Shown here one piece after another: positions 1 through 9,530 of a stretch of 64,000 nt of DNA (position 1 is its first letter; every line of letters starts with the position of its first letter). Under the pieces are notes generated by a model, which made no database searches, was not told the origin of the DNA, and was given only the letters and a program-made list of their open reading frames with translations. Source of the stretch: an uncultured Gammaproteobacteria bacterium (GTDB taxonomy: Bacteria > Patescibacteriota > Patescibacteriia > UBA1558 > S5-K13); contig CAYRHT010000004.1 in the NCBI GenBank assembly GCA_964424195.1, positions 12,769 through 76,768 on the forward strand, in the 5' to 3' direction. Position numbers and translations under genes: made by a program.

Positions 1-95
1 AAGGATATATTAAATTAAATATTTTAAAAATTTTAAATAACTTAAATAATAAAACTTCACATTCTTCAAAGAGTGTTGAGGATAACAATAAAAAT

Positions 96-962
96 ATGAA
101 TGAAACAATAAATTTGGACGATTTAAAAAACAAAGGGAATTATAAGAAGCTATTTGGGGGAGTAATTATTGCTATTGCACTTATTTGGCTTTTCTTTTCT
201 TCAATAGTAATTATTGATGCTGGTGAAACTGGTGTCTATTCTTTGTTCGGTAAGGTAAAAGACAAAGAATTAAGCTCTGGTTTTCATTTAGTAATTCCTT
301 TAGCTAGAATACATAAGATGAGTGTTCGAACTGAAGAATATACTATGAGTATTTTAAAAGGTGAAGGTAAAATCTCTCGAGATGACTCAATTGCTTCTTT
401 AACTAAAGAAGGTTTGAATGTTGATTTAGATATTACTGTCCTTTACAAGTTAAATGAAGAAAAAGCTTCTGATATTTATCGGACAGTGGGTTTAAAGTAC
501 GAGGATAAAATTATTCGTCCTTTAATTAGAAGTTCTATTAGGGGAGTAATTGCTCAGTATGAAGCTAAAGAACTTTATTCAGAAAAAAGAGGTGAAGCAA
601 CTCAGGGAATTGCAGACAGTTTAAAGGCTGAAGTTGAATCTCGAGGAATTGTTGTAGAAGACGTTCTTTTAAGAAATATTCAATTACCAGCTAACCTAGC
701 TAATTCAATTCAAGAGAAATTACAGGCTGAACAAGAAGCTCAGAAGTATGAATTTTTACTTCAGAGAGAAGAAAAAGAAAAACAAAGAAAGATTATTGAA
801 GCTGAAGGACAAAAAGAAGCTCAAAGAATTATTAATCAGAGTTTAACTCAGAATTATCTTTATTACCTTTATGTAAATGAGTTAAAAGATAGAGCAGGAA
901 CTATTTATGTACCAACAAGTCCTTCTACTGGAATGCCAATGTTTAGGAATTTAGGAAATTAG
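96..962 (+). CDS. SPFH/prohibitin (band 7) membrane protein
   Basis: N-terminal TM helix; SPFH-type motifs (LTKEGLNVDLDITVLYKL, LLRNIQLP); C-terminal coiled coil AEQEAQK...EAEGQKEA. Confidence 0.9.
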   Translation: MNETINLDDLKNKGNYKKLFGGVIIAIALIWLFFSSIVIIDAGETGVYSLFGKVKDKELSSGFHLVIPLARIHKMSVRTEEYTMSILKGEGKISRDDSIASLTKEGLNVDLDITVLYKLNEEKASDIYRTVGLKYEDKIIRPLIRSSIRGVIAQYEAKELYSEKRGEATQGIADSLKAEVESRGIVVEDVLLRNIQLPANLANSIQEKLQAEQEAQKYEFLLQREEKEKQRKIIEAEGQKEAQRIINQSLTQNYLYYLYVNELKDRAGTIYVPTSPSTGMPMFRNLGN

Positions 963-980
963 TAACTAAAAAGAAATATT

Positions 981-1009
981 ACCACCTGCTTTTTAGTGGG
1001 TGGTTTTTT
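981..1009 (+). terminator. Intrinsic terminator after SPFH gene
   Basis: accacctgct-tttt-agtgggtggt hairpin followed by a T tract. Confidence 0.75.
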
Positions 1010-1011
1010 AG

Positions 1012-1040
1012 TTGACATTGTTTGAATAATGTGCTATATT
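1012..1040 (+). promoter_or_regulatory. sigma70 promoter of orphan lipoprotein
   Basis: TTGACA-17bp-TATATT with extended TG. Confidence 0.75.
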
Positions 1041-1078
1041 TTAAAGTTGAAATATTTCAACAAAAAAAAGGAGGAAAA

Positions 1079-1756
1079 ATGAAAAAGTTCTATTTAGTCT
1101 TGATGTTCGTAGTTTTAATAGCTACGGTTATGGTAATTTCTTGTTCAAATGAAAATGAACAAAGAAATGAATTTGTTGCTCAAGTTGAATCAAAAGAGGT
1201 TGAAATGGTTGAGAAACCCAGAAGTGAAATTATAGAAAATTTCGATCCTGAAAATGTAGAATACTTTTGGGTACAAGATTGGAATACAAGAGCATTTTGG
1301 TCTTCTAATCAGACTTCTGATGGAATCATGTATGATGGGTGGTTTGTTAGAGGAACTAAAGTAGATAGTTTAGTCTATTTTCTCTACCATAAAGATGGCA
1401 GAAGCTTGGAAAAGTATTTTTATCTCACCAATTTAACGGATGATCCGAGAAATTCAAGTTGGTGGCAACAAAATTTATTTTCTATACCGAAAGATGAAAG
1501 TATAGGAGACAACATTTACGATGTAGTTAAAAATTTATGTTGTATTGAAGAAGAAAATGTGGAAAGCAAGGCTGTAGTAGAAAATATAATCCAAGATATT
1601 AAAAAACTTGGATTATTAGAACGAGAAAATCCTCGTTTATTTGAAATCGGTATTGCTTTGGTACGTTATACGAATCTCTATTATAAGGAAACTCCTTATT
1701 ATGATGGAGATCTCAGCTATGATCAGGCGGCTAGACTTTTAGCAGATTTTAATTAA
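1079..1756 (+). CDS. Orphan putative lipoprotein
   Basis: True start at ATG 1079 after AAGGAGG; MKKFYLVLMFVVLIATVMVISC is a lipoprotein-type signal peptide; no family recognised. Confidence 0.7.
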   Translation: MKKFYLVLMFVVLIATVMVISCSNENEQRNEFVAQVESKEVEMVEKPRSEIIENFDPENVEYFWVQDWNTRAFWSSNQTSDGIMYDGWFVRGTKVDSLVYFLYHKDGRSLEKYFYLTNLTDDPRNSSWWQQNLFSIPKDESIGDNIYDVVKNLCCIEEENVESKAVVENIIQDIKKLGLLERENPRLFEIGIALVRYTNLYYKETPYYDGDLSYDQAARLLADFN

Positions 1757-1776
1757 AGATTAAAGCTACAATTTTT

Positions 1777-1809
1777 AGGGGAACACATTTATGTTCCCCT
1801 TATTTTTTT
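1777..1809 (+). terminator. Intrinsic terminator
   Basis: aggggaaca/tgttcccct stem plus T tract. Confidence 0.8.
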
Positions 1810-1891
1810 ATCGCAAACAGTCAAATACTCTTATAATAGAGGGTTTTAGTATTGACTTATTTTTTGAAAACTAGTATACTGTTATTACTTT

Positions 1892-1966
1892 GTCGCTATC
1901 GTCTAGTGGTTAGGACATTAGGTTTTCATCCTAAAAACCGGGGTTCGATTCCCCGTAGCGATACCA
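1892..1966 (+). tRNA. tRNA-Glu (TTC)
   Basis: Acceptor GTCGCTA/TAGCGAT, anticodon arm ttagg-tt-TTC-at-cctaa, GGTTCGATTCC T-loop, encoded CCA; promoter TTGACT(1852)-17-TATACT(1875). Confidence 0.95.
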
Positions 1967-2131
1967 TTTACATCGGCTTTGTTTATTCTAAACATAGCTC
2001 ATTTATAGTCAGTAGCTTTGTGGTTATCATATAACTATAATCTATTGACTATAAACTTAAAAAATAACGTATACTCGGTTATCCAAGTCGTCTACTTGGT
2101 TTACTTGGTATGCGAAGAAAGGACTCGTACT

Positions 2132-2515
2132 ATGTTAGACAAGAAAAAGAAAGAAGAAATCATCAAAAAATTTAAGACTCACAAAAATGATACTGGATCA
2201 TCGGAGGTTCAGATTGCTATTTTAACTGAGGAAGTTAAGGAATTAACTGAACATTTAAAAGAGCATAAAAAAGATTTTTCTTCACGGAGAGGTTTAGTTA
2301 AAAAACTTAACCAAAGAAGAAAATTGTTAAGATTTTTGGAGAGAGATAATTTAGAATCTTTTGAAAAGCTGGTAAAAAAGCTTGGTTTAAAGATAACTAA
2401 ATTCGCTGAAATTTCTTCTATGATCGGAAAAAAGATCAAGAAAGACGTAGAAAAAGAGAAAACTGAGGATGAAGAAAAAGATAAAAAAGATGTAGATGGG
2501 GAAGATAATAAATAA
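2132..2515 (+). CDS. rpsO: 30S ribosomal protein S15 with charged C-terminal extension
   Basis: DTGSSEVQIAILT, HKKDFSSRRGL; likely start ATG 2132. Confidence 0.97.
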   Translation: MLDKKKKEEIIKKFKTHKNDTGSSEVQIAILTEEVKELTEHLKEHKKDFSSRRGLVKKLNQRRKLLRFLERDNLESFEKLVKKLGLKITKFAEISSMIGKKIKKDVEKEKTEDEEKDKKDVDGEDNK

Positions 2516-2526
2516 TAGAAAAGAAA

Positions 2527-4785
2527 ATGTTTTTTAAAAAAGAAAAAGATAAAGATTACAGCAAAGACTTTAAAATGGAATTTGCTGGAAGAGAGTTGAC
2601 TGTTGAAGTTGGTAAATATGCCCCTCAAACATCAGGATCTTGCTTAGTAAGGTATGGTGGAACATCTGTTTTAGTAACAGCAGTTCAAGGTGAAGAAAGA
2701 GAAGGTATTGATTACTTTCCTCTATTAGTAGAGTATAGTGAAAAACTATACGCTGCTGGTAAAATAAAAGGATCTCGATGGATTAAAAGAGAAGGTCGTC
2801 CAACTGACGAAGCTATTTTAACTGGTCGAGTAATTGATAGATCTATTCGTCCTTTGTTCAATGACGCTTCTCGAAAAGATGTTCAAATTGTAGCTAGTGT
2901 TTTAGAATATGATGGAGAAAATGATCCAGCTTTTTGTTCCTTACTAGGAGCTTCAATTGCTTTAATGGTCTCACCAATTGAATGGTCTGGACCAGCAGTT
3001 GGATTTTTAGTTGGTAAAATTGATAACGAATTAGTTTTAAATCCAACAAATACAGCTAGAGCTAAAAGTGATTTTGAAGTATTCACAGTTGGAACTCCAG
3101 CTGGTATTGATATGTTAGAAGCTCGATGTAATGAATCAAGTGAAGATGATGTGATGAGTGCTATTGAATTTGCTGATAAGCATATCAAGAAAATGATTAA
3201 ATTTGTGGAAGATATTCAAAAAGAAGTTGGTGCTCCTAAAATTTCAGCTGAATCACAATTAAGTGATGAAGAAAAAGCTCAAAGAGAATTAGTTGATCAA
3301 AAGATTGAAGAGTTCTTTAAGGATAAAGATGTTAAAGATATCTTTACAGCTGATAAAGTAGAGACAGAAGCTAATATTAGAACTTTAAACAAAGATTTGA
3401 ATGAATCTTTGAAAGAAGATAGTGAGATTTCTAAAGAATTAAGATCTTTTGGAATGCGAAGACTAGATGAAAAACTTAGTGAAAAAGCTCGGGAGATGAT
3501 TCTAGTTAACAAACAAAGAACAGATGGTCGAAAGCTTGATGAGTTAAGAGATATTAATTGTGAGGTTGGTTTATTCAATCGAACTCATGGTACTGGTCTA
3601 TTCAAAAGAGGATTAACTCATGTTCTATCAATTGTTACTTTAGGTTCTCCGGGAGCAGAACAATTATTAGATGGTATGGAAGTTGAAGGAACTAAGAGAT
3701 ATATGCATCACTATAACTTCCCAGGATTTTCAGTGGGATCTGTTCAACCAAATCGAGGAGCTTCTCGAAGAGATATTGGACATGGTACCTTAGCTGAGAA
3801 TGCTTTAATTCCAGTTTTACCAAGTAAAGAAGACTTCCCATATACTATTAGAGTAGTATCTGAAGTATTATCTTCAAATGGTTCTTCTTCTCAAGCTTCT
3901 GCTTGTGGTTCAACTTTGGCTTTAATGCACGCTGGTGTTCCGATTAAGAGACCAGTTGCTGGTATTGCCATGGGATTAATCACTGGAAAAACTTTAGATG
4001 ATTATGTTGTCCTAACTGACATTCAGGGAATTGAAGATCATAGCGGTGATATGGATTTTAAAGTTGCTGGTACTGAAAAGGGAATTACAGCTATTCAATT
4101 AGATATTAAATTACAAGGAATTAGTTTAGAAATCTGTAAAGAAACTTTAGCTAAGGCTAAAGAAGCTAGACTACAGATATTAGAATCAATGACTAAAGTT
4201 ATTGCAGAACCAAGTAAGGAATTATCTGAATTTGCTCCAAGAATTGTTACTATGAAAGTGGATCCAGAAGATATTAGAATCGTTATTGGACCTGGTGGAA
4301 AAACAATCAATCAAATGATTGCTGACTATGATGTTCAAATAGATTTAGAAGATGATGGAACTGTATTTATTACTTCAACGGATGGAGAGGGTGCTAAGAA
4401 AGCAGTTGCTCATATTGAAGGCTTAACAAAGAAGGTTCTTCCTGGTGAAATCTATGAAGGTAAGGTAACTAAGATTGTAGCTTCTCAATCAGGTGGTGAA
4501 GTTGGAGCTATTGTTGAATTCTTACCTGGCAAAGATGGTATGGTTCATATTTCTGAATTTAAATATGAGAGACTTGAGAAAATCTCAGACATAGTTAAAG
4601 TAGGAGATACTTTGAAAGTTAAAGTTATGGAAGTTGATGCGGAAAGAGGTAGAATTGGTTTATCAGTAAAAGCATTATTAGAAAAACCAGAAGGATGGCA
4701 AGATCGTCCACCAAGAACTCCTCGACCAGGCGGAAATAGTTTTAATAGAGGACCAAGAAGAGATTCTAGACCTCCACGAAGATAG
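2527..4785 (+). CDS. pnp: Polyribonucleotide nucleotidyltransferase (PNPase)
   Basis: Two RNase PH domains (IDRSIRPLF, SNGSSSQAS, GDMDFKVAGT), KH (IGPGGKTI) and S1; follows rpsO. Confidence 0.98.
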   Translation: MFFKKEKDKDYSKDFKMEFAGRELTVEVGKYAPQTSGSCLVRYGGTSVLVTAVQGEEREGIDYFPLLVEYSEKLYAAGKIKGSRWIKREGRPTDEAILTGRVIDRSIRPLFNDASRKDVQIVASVLEYDGENDPAFCSLLGASIALMVSPIEWSGPAVGFLVGKIDNELVLNPTNTARAKSDFEVFTVGTPAGIDMLEARCNESSEDDVMSAIEFADKHIKKMIKFVEDIQKEVGAPKISAESQLSDEEKAQRELVDQKIEEFFKDKDVKDIFTADKVETEANIRTLNKDLNESLKEDSEISKELRSFGMRRLDEKLSEKAREMILVNKQRTDGRKLDELRDINCEVGLFNRTHGTGLFKRGLTHVLSIVTLGSPGAEQLLDGMEVEGTKRYMHHYNFPGFSVGSVQPNRGASRRDIGHGTLAENALIPVLPSKEDFPYTIRVVSEVLSSNGSSSQASACGSTLALMHAGVPIKRPVAGIAMGLITGKTLDDYVVLTDIQGIEDHSGDMDFKVAGTEKGITAIQLDIKLQGISLEICKETLAKAKEARLQILESMTKVIAEPSKELSEFAPRIVTMKVDPEDIRIVIGPGGKTINQMIADYDVQIDLEDDGTVFITSTDGEGAKKAVAHIEGLTKKVLPGEIYEGKVTKIVASQSGGEVGAIVEFLPGKDGMVHISEFKYERLEKISDIVKVGDTLKVKVMEVDAERGRIGLSVKALLEKPEGWQDRPPRTPRPGGNSFNRGPRRDSRPPRR

Positions 4786-4808
4786 AAAATTATTATTCAG
4801 ATTAGATA

Positions 4809-4834
4809 AAAAGCCCTGTTATTACAGGGCTTTT
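4809..4834 (+). terminator. Terminator after pnp
   Basis: aaaagccctgt/acagggctttt inverted repeat. Confidence 0.8.
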
Positions 4835-4894
4835 GCTTTTAACTAATCGTTTAATGTGTTAATCTTTTATATATAATAGATAGATAATATAAAA

Positions 4895-6418
4895 ATGTTT
4901 GAACATAATTTTAATCCAGAGTTCCATTGGCAAATGGATCAAAAAAGAACTATTCGTAAGAAAGTTTTATACATCTTCGTAGTTTTAATTTTACTTTTAT
5001 CAGTATTTTTTATTTTCAAAAAGTATTATTTTGTTTCAGGGAGAAATATTGGTTTAGAACAGTTAGTTCCGGAGAATATTAAAGCTCTTTTAACTATTGA
5101 TGCTAAGGATATCATTAAAAATGATCAAGGACTTCTAATTTTTGAAATGGGATTAAAAGATTTCTTAGGAGATGATGAAAAAACAAATTCAGTTATTGAA
5201 AAGATAGGTAAAAATGTCTATTGGATGGAGAAATCTTCTGACTCGCAAGCTCTCTTGTTTAAGATAACTGATATGGAGTCAATCAAGGATAATTTTAATC
5301 TTAGAACAGAAGATTTAGAAGAGATAGAATTTAATAACAAGGTTATTTACAAATTAAATATAGAAAATAGTAGTAATTCCTTCATACCAATTTCTGATAA
5401 CAAGATTTATATCACTTATGTAAATAATTATATACTTTGTCTAAGTAATAATTTAGATTTTACTAAAGATATACTTAATGAATACAAAGAGGCAATTAAA
5501 ATTGATTATTTTGGAGCTATCAAAGATGAGCTTAATGATTATTTCCAAGAACAAACAACTTTACTGTTAAAAGTTTCAGATTATTCTCAAATAGGAGAAA
5601 GTTCTAGTTGGATTAAGAACTTATCATTTGTAAATACAGAAGATAATAACTCTTTTGTGATGAAATTTAAAGTTGGTCTAAGAAGAGCTGAGCTTTTATT
5701 CAATAATTCAGATGACATAAGTCAAAGAGTTAAGATGAATAAGGTGAATGAAACTCTATTCAAAGATGCTGTATTCCATTACAGTAATCTAAATGTAAAT
5801 TATAATGATATTTTAGAGTTGGATAATAATTTGAATGAATTATTAGAAAATAATATTGAAGGTTTGTATAATACAAACCTAAAAAGTAAATTATTAACTA
5901 ACGCCCCTTATCATCTATTAGTGTATCCAGATAATAAATTCTTAACTTTTAGTAAAGATTTTGAAAAGAATAAGGGAATATATAAAAATATCTTAGCTCA
6001 TCTATCACCTCAGACTAGAAATATGCTTCTTCCTGATGGAACTAGTGCTAGAGAATATTATGCTGATCCTAGTAGTTTTGAGCTAAAAGAACAGGAAGAG
6101 GGTAGTTATATTAAGTATTATGCAGATTTACCTGGAAATACAGATATTTCTCTATTCAAATACAATGATTGGTATATTTTAACTAATTTTAAGGATAAAT
6201 TAGTAGAATTAACAGAAAATCAGGATAAACTATGTAAATTATTAAACTGTGATGCTAAGGAAATTTTTAATGAAGTTTTAACCTTAAATATAGGTGATTT
6301 AGGGAAAAAAGAGTATTTACCATGGTTAGACTTGTTTTCTAAGGAATATAGTAGACTAAACTTCACTAATTACACTGAGGATGGCGAAAACAAGCTATTT
6401 TTTGAACTTATCCACTGA
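4895..6418 (+). CDS. Membrane-anchored hypothetical protein
   Basis: 507-aa ORF, one N-terminal TM helix followed by a large soluble domain. Confidence 0.7.
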   Translation: MFEHNFNPEFHWQMDQKRTIRKKVLYIFVVLILLLSVFFIFKKYYFVSGRNIGLEQLVPENIKALLTIDAKDIIKNDQGLLIFEMGLKDFLGDDEKTNSVIEKIGKNVYWMEKSSDSQALLFKITDMESIKDNFNLRTEDLEEIEFNNKVIYKLNIENSSNSFIPISDNKIYITYVNNYILCLSNNLDFTKDILNEYKEAIKIDYFGAIKDELNDYFQEQTTLLLKVSDYSQIGESSSWIKNLSFVNTEDNNSFVMKFKVGLRRAELLFNNSDDISQRVKMNKVNETLFKDAVFHYSNLNVNYNDILELDNNLNELLENNIEGLYNTNLKSKLLTNAPYHLLVYPDNKFLTFSKDFEKNKGIYKNILAHLSPQTRNMLLPDGTSAREYYADPSSFELKEQEEGSYIKYYADLPGNTDISLFKYNDWYILTNFKDKLVELTENQDKLCKLLNCDAKEIFNEVLTLNIGDLGKKEYLPWLDLFSKEYSRLNFTNYTEDGENKLFFELIH

Positions 6419-6484
6419 CCTGTGGATAAGTTTTGAATATTATTAAACCACTAAAGTTTATTTTTAACAAGTAAATGTGGATAA
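6406..6484. promoter_or_regulatory. Cluster of three DnaA-box matches
   Basis: TTATCCACt 6409-6417, TGTGGATAA 6421-6429 and 6476-6484; the first two form the inverted repeat AACTTATCCAC-6-GTGGATAAGTT. Confidence 0.55.
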
Positions 6485-6520
6485 AATAACTTTAAGGCTT
6501 GAATATTGATATAAGTGATA

Positions 6521-6549
6521 TTGACTTTTCTGTTTAGGTATGCTATACT
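6521..6549 (+). promoter_or_regulatory. sigma70 promoter of candidate ncRNA
   Basis: TTGACT-17-TATACT with extended TG. Confidence 0.75.
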
Positions 6550-6555
6550 TAAGTT

Positions 6556-6929
6556 ATAGTCAGTCAAAGAAGATATCAGAATACAGCAGGCACATTAACA
6601 ATTCGTCTTTTACTTAGTTCACCCTACTCATCTCTTTTTAAAGAGACTTTAAACAAAAAATAGAGTTTCTTTAAAAAACCTTTGAAACAAAAATAAAATT
6701 AACACAATAAAAGTTGATTCCTGTTTAAAAATAAAATGAGAATTGACACCGCTTTAGTAGGACAATTAAGTTGAGAGCATATAATGCTCTCTAGTTTCAT
6801 CATATGTTTTTGGGGTTAATAAGCCCCGTATCTGGGCTTCGGCCCGGAAAACACTGGAAATTGGGGAGTGAGCTCCCTCACGACATATATTTTTCAAAAT
6901 TGGTCGGCTTAGAGGGAGCTTCTTTTTTT
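6556..6929 (+). ncRNA. Candidate ~370-nt structured non-coding RNA, family unknown
   Basis: Own promoter, many nested stems including a cUUCGg tetraloop (6831-6847), long terminator 6871-6929, no substantial ORF on this strand. Confidence 0.55.
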
Positions 6930-7026
6930 ACCAAATTTTTATATAGGCAATAAGCCTATTTTTTTGTTTACAAAAGAATAAATATAGGCTAAGCTTTGAA
7001 TAAGAAAAAATAATTTAGGAGGAAAA

Positions 7027-7836
7027 ATGATAGTATATAAACAATTATTTAATCTAATTGTTAGATGTAGTAATCCATGTATCTTGATAAATAAGAATGA
7101 AAAATTTGATGAAAAAGAAGTGAGGACTAAATTCATTTTTTTTGATCCTTTTTTGCAGCAGATGGAGTCTTATTATAAAGATTCTGGTAAAAAAGTAATT
7201 TTTATTGATTCTATGACATTTAATTTCTTTAGTAACTCTAGTGATGATTTTATCTATAATTTGTTTTACATTTCTCTGGCACTTTATTTAGGGTATGGAT
7301 CTTCAAAAATTAAAAGTTGTGATCAATTAGACTTAGTCTTAAGAGATTTTGTAGATTATCAGATAAGATTCCAACAGAAAAATTTAATTTTCATTATTCA
7401 GGATATAGAAAAATTACCCATTGAAATAAATTGGTTAATAAATTCTTGGGTAAAAGAATATGACTGCAGTATAATTGCTTCTTGTAGAAAATTTCCTCTG
7501 GAATTTCCTTCTACTGAGAAGAATAAATATTACTGTGATTATGGATCATCGTTATCGGATATGATGACAATTTATAAGTTACCAAATTTTAATTTAATCA
7601 AGAACCAAGATGGTATTGATTATGAATCTCAGCAAGCATGTCTTGTAATTAATACTATTAAAAGGATAAAAGTTTCAATTTGTCTTTTAGAGCAGGATTT
7701 AAGTTTATTGTCTGTTGAGCGTTCTGAATGGGAACAAAATGGATACTTATATAAATTTCAAGAGTTTTTTGATTTTGAAGAATCTTATATCCGTACTTTA
7801 AAAGATTTCGTTCATGGGTCATTAATTGAAATTTAA
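7027..7836 (+). CDS. Orphan protein, possibly a degenerate AAA+ (DnaA/Hda-like) fold
   Basis: GGAGG SD; own promoter TTTACA(6967)-17-TAAGCT; Walker-B-like IFIIQDIEKL, no Walker A. Confidence 0.55.
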   Translation: MIVYKQLFNLIVRCSNPCILINKNEKFDEKEVRTKFIFFDPFLQQMESYYKDSGKKVIFIDSMTFNFFSNSSDDFIYNLFYISLALYLGYGSSKIKSCDQLDLVLRDFVDYQIRFQQKNLIFIIQDIEKLPIEINWLINSWVKEYDCSIIASCRKFPLEFPSTEKNKYYCDYGSSLSDMMTIYKLPNFNLIKNQDGIDYESQQACLVINTIKRIKVSICLLEQDLSLLSVERSEWEQNGYLYKFQEFFDFEESYIRTLKDFVHGSLIEI

Positions 7837-7839
7837 AAC

Positions 7840-7873
7840 AAAACCGTTACTGAGAAAGTAGTAGCGGTTTTTT
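7840..7873. terminator. Bidirectional terminator
   Basis: aaaaccgttac/gtagcggtttt between convergent genes. Confidence 0.75.
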
Positions 7874-7875
7874 AT

Positions 7876-9219
7876 TTAAGAAAGTTTTTTTAGTTTTCTC
7901 TTAGTATATAAAAGAGTAAAAATTGCAGCAGACCAATTAATGAATACTAGTGCCCACCAAATACTAGTGATTGGGGATTGCATTAATCTAATTAAAATAG
8001 AGAGAATGATTCCAGGCATGATTAAGAAACGATAAAGTCCTAACCAGAGAGCAAAGATTGGTTTTTTTAATCCTTGTAAAGAAGCAATACAAATATTTAG
8101 AATGATATAAGTTAAGTACATTAGAATTGAAATTCTTAAATAGGTAAAACCAACTTTAATTACTTCTAAGTCACTACTAAAGAACCCTAATAAAGTCTTA
8201 GAGAATAAAAGGACTAAAGTCATACTAATTAAGGTTAGGAAAATTCCATATTTTAATCCTTTAGAAAAAGTTTCTCTAACTCGGTCAAACTTTTTAGCTC
8301 CATTATTGTTTCCAATTAAAGCCATGACTGCCATATTTAATCCAATGGCTGGTAGAACAGCAATTTGTTCAATTCGAGTAGCAATACCATAGGCAGCTAT
8401 AGCTGATTTACCAAAAGAACTTATAAAATAGGTGACAATAAAGATTCCAATGGCCATACTCATCATATTTAAACTAGCTGGGAATCCTTGTTTGATAATA
8501 TCTAAAAAATATTCCTTATCAGGAATTAAATGTTTGATATGGAGATGTTTAAAGGGTTCACGGGACCTTATTTTTACAAATAGAATTGAACTAAGAATTA
8601 ATTGAATAGTTATTGTAGCCCAAGCTACTCCAGCTAGTCCTAGAGCTGGTAATCCTAATCCACCAAACATAAACCAAGGATCTAAAATTAAATTTAAAAA
8701 GAAACCAAAGATTAATAAATTACGAAAGGTCTTAGTATCTCCTTCAGCAATTAAGATTCCATTTAAAGAGTGAGTTAGAAGAAAGAAAACTGCTCCATAG
8801 AAAATAACATTAGAATAACTAAGAGCAATCTGCAGGTATTCACCTTGAGCTCCTAAAATTCTGAATAAAGTAGGAGAGATAAGTAATCCTGCTGTAGTTA
8901 GGAAAATAGAAAAGATTATGGAAAAAGATATTGCTTGGCAACCATACTTTTCAGCTTTTTCTTTGTTTCCAGCACCAAGAGAGTTAGCAATTAAAGCTGT
9001 GGCTCCATTAGAAATTCCAGCTCCCATAGCTAAGATTATAAAGAAAATAGGGAATGATAAAGAAAGAGCAGCTAGAGCTTGAGTAGACATTAACCCTCCA
9101 TAGTAAGTATCTACAACATTATACATTGTATTAAAAAAGAAACCGATACTAGCCGGAATGGCAATACCTTTAATTAGTTTTGGTATAGGAGCGGTAATTA
9201 ATTTTTCGTGTCTGTTCAT
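7876..9219 (-). CDS. MATE family efflux transporter
   Basis: About 12 TM; YNVVDT, EGDTKT, LNLILDP, AAYGIATRIE motifs. Confidence 0.93.
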   Translation of the reverse strand: MNRHEKLITAPIPKLIKGIAIPASIGFFFNTMYNVVDTYYGGLMSTQALAALSLSFPIFFIILAMGAGISNGATALIANSLGAGNKEKAEKYGCQAISFSIIFSIFLTTAGLLISPTLFRILGAQGEYLQIALSYSNVIFYGAVFFLLTHSLNGILIAEGDTKTFRNLLIFGFFLNLILDPWFMFGGLGLPALGLAGVAWATITIQLILSSILFVKIRSREPFKHLHIKHLIPDKEYFLDIIKQGFPASLNMMSMAIGIFIVTYFISSFGKSAIAAYGIATRIEQIAVLPAIGLNMAVMALIGNNNGAKKFDRVRETFSKGLKYGIFLTLISMTLVLLFSKTLLGFFSSDLEVIKVGFTYLRISILMYLTYIILNICIASLQGLKKPIFALWLGLYRFLIMPGIILSILIRLMQSPITSIWWALVFINWSAAIFTLLYTKRKLKKLS

Positions 9220-9225
9220 GAAAGG

Positions 9226-9525
9226 TTATAATTTAAATCTTTTTTTAACTTTTTTGATTTTTTCTTCAATTGCTAATTCAACATCAACATCATAATTTGT
9301 GGCTAATTGAAGTAGTAATACTATACAGTCAGAAAACCCAGATTCGAGAAGTTCTCTGTCTACTTTTTCTCGACCAATTTTTTGGTTATAAATTTGAGCT
9401 GATAATTCACCAAACTCTTCTAATAAATGAGCTAGAGTAGTGTCAGCATCGTGTTGTCCAGAGTATTGCTCATCAATTTTAGCGGTTAGATTCTTAGTTA
9501 TTTTTTGTAATTCGTTAATGTGCAT
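9226..9525 (-). CDS. MazG-like NTP pyrophosphohydrolase
   Basis: HLLEEFGEL...FSDC; likely start MHINELQK at 9525. Confidence 0.8.
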   Translation of the reverse strand: MHINELQKITKNLTAKIDEQYSGQHDADTTLAHLLEEFGELSAQIYNQKIGREKVDRELLESGFSDCIVLLLQLATNYDVDVELAIEEKIKKVKKRFKL

Positions 9526-9530
9526 ATGAT

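Noticed and set aside
1852-2034. 60-aa ORF
   Set aside because: Overlaps tRNA-Glu and its promoter; spurious
6406-6520. oriC
   Set aside because: Only three boxes, no dnaA/dnaN nearby, and skew cannot be judged from this window
6800-6860. Possible c-di-AMP (ydaO) riboswitch suggested by TTTTTGGGGTTAAT...GGGC...GCCCG
   Set aside because: The upstream GGGGGACC and downstream CCGTCAGCTAAC elements are missing
6556-6929. RNase P RNA, tmRNA or T-box identity for the large RNA
   Set aside because: No GAGGAAAGTCC, no tRNA-like ends, no TGGNACC; only a short CGGCTTA resemblance
6939-7136. 65-aa minus-strand ORF
   Set aside because: Antisense to the SD-led 7027 gene and its promoter
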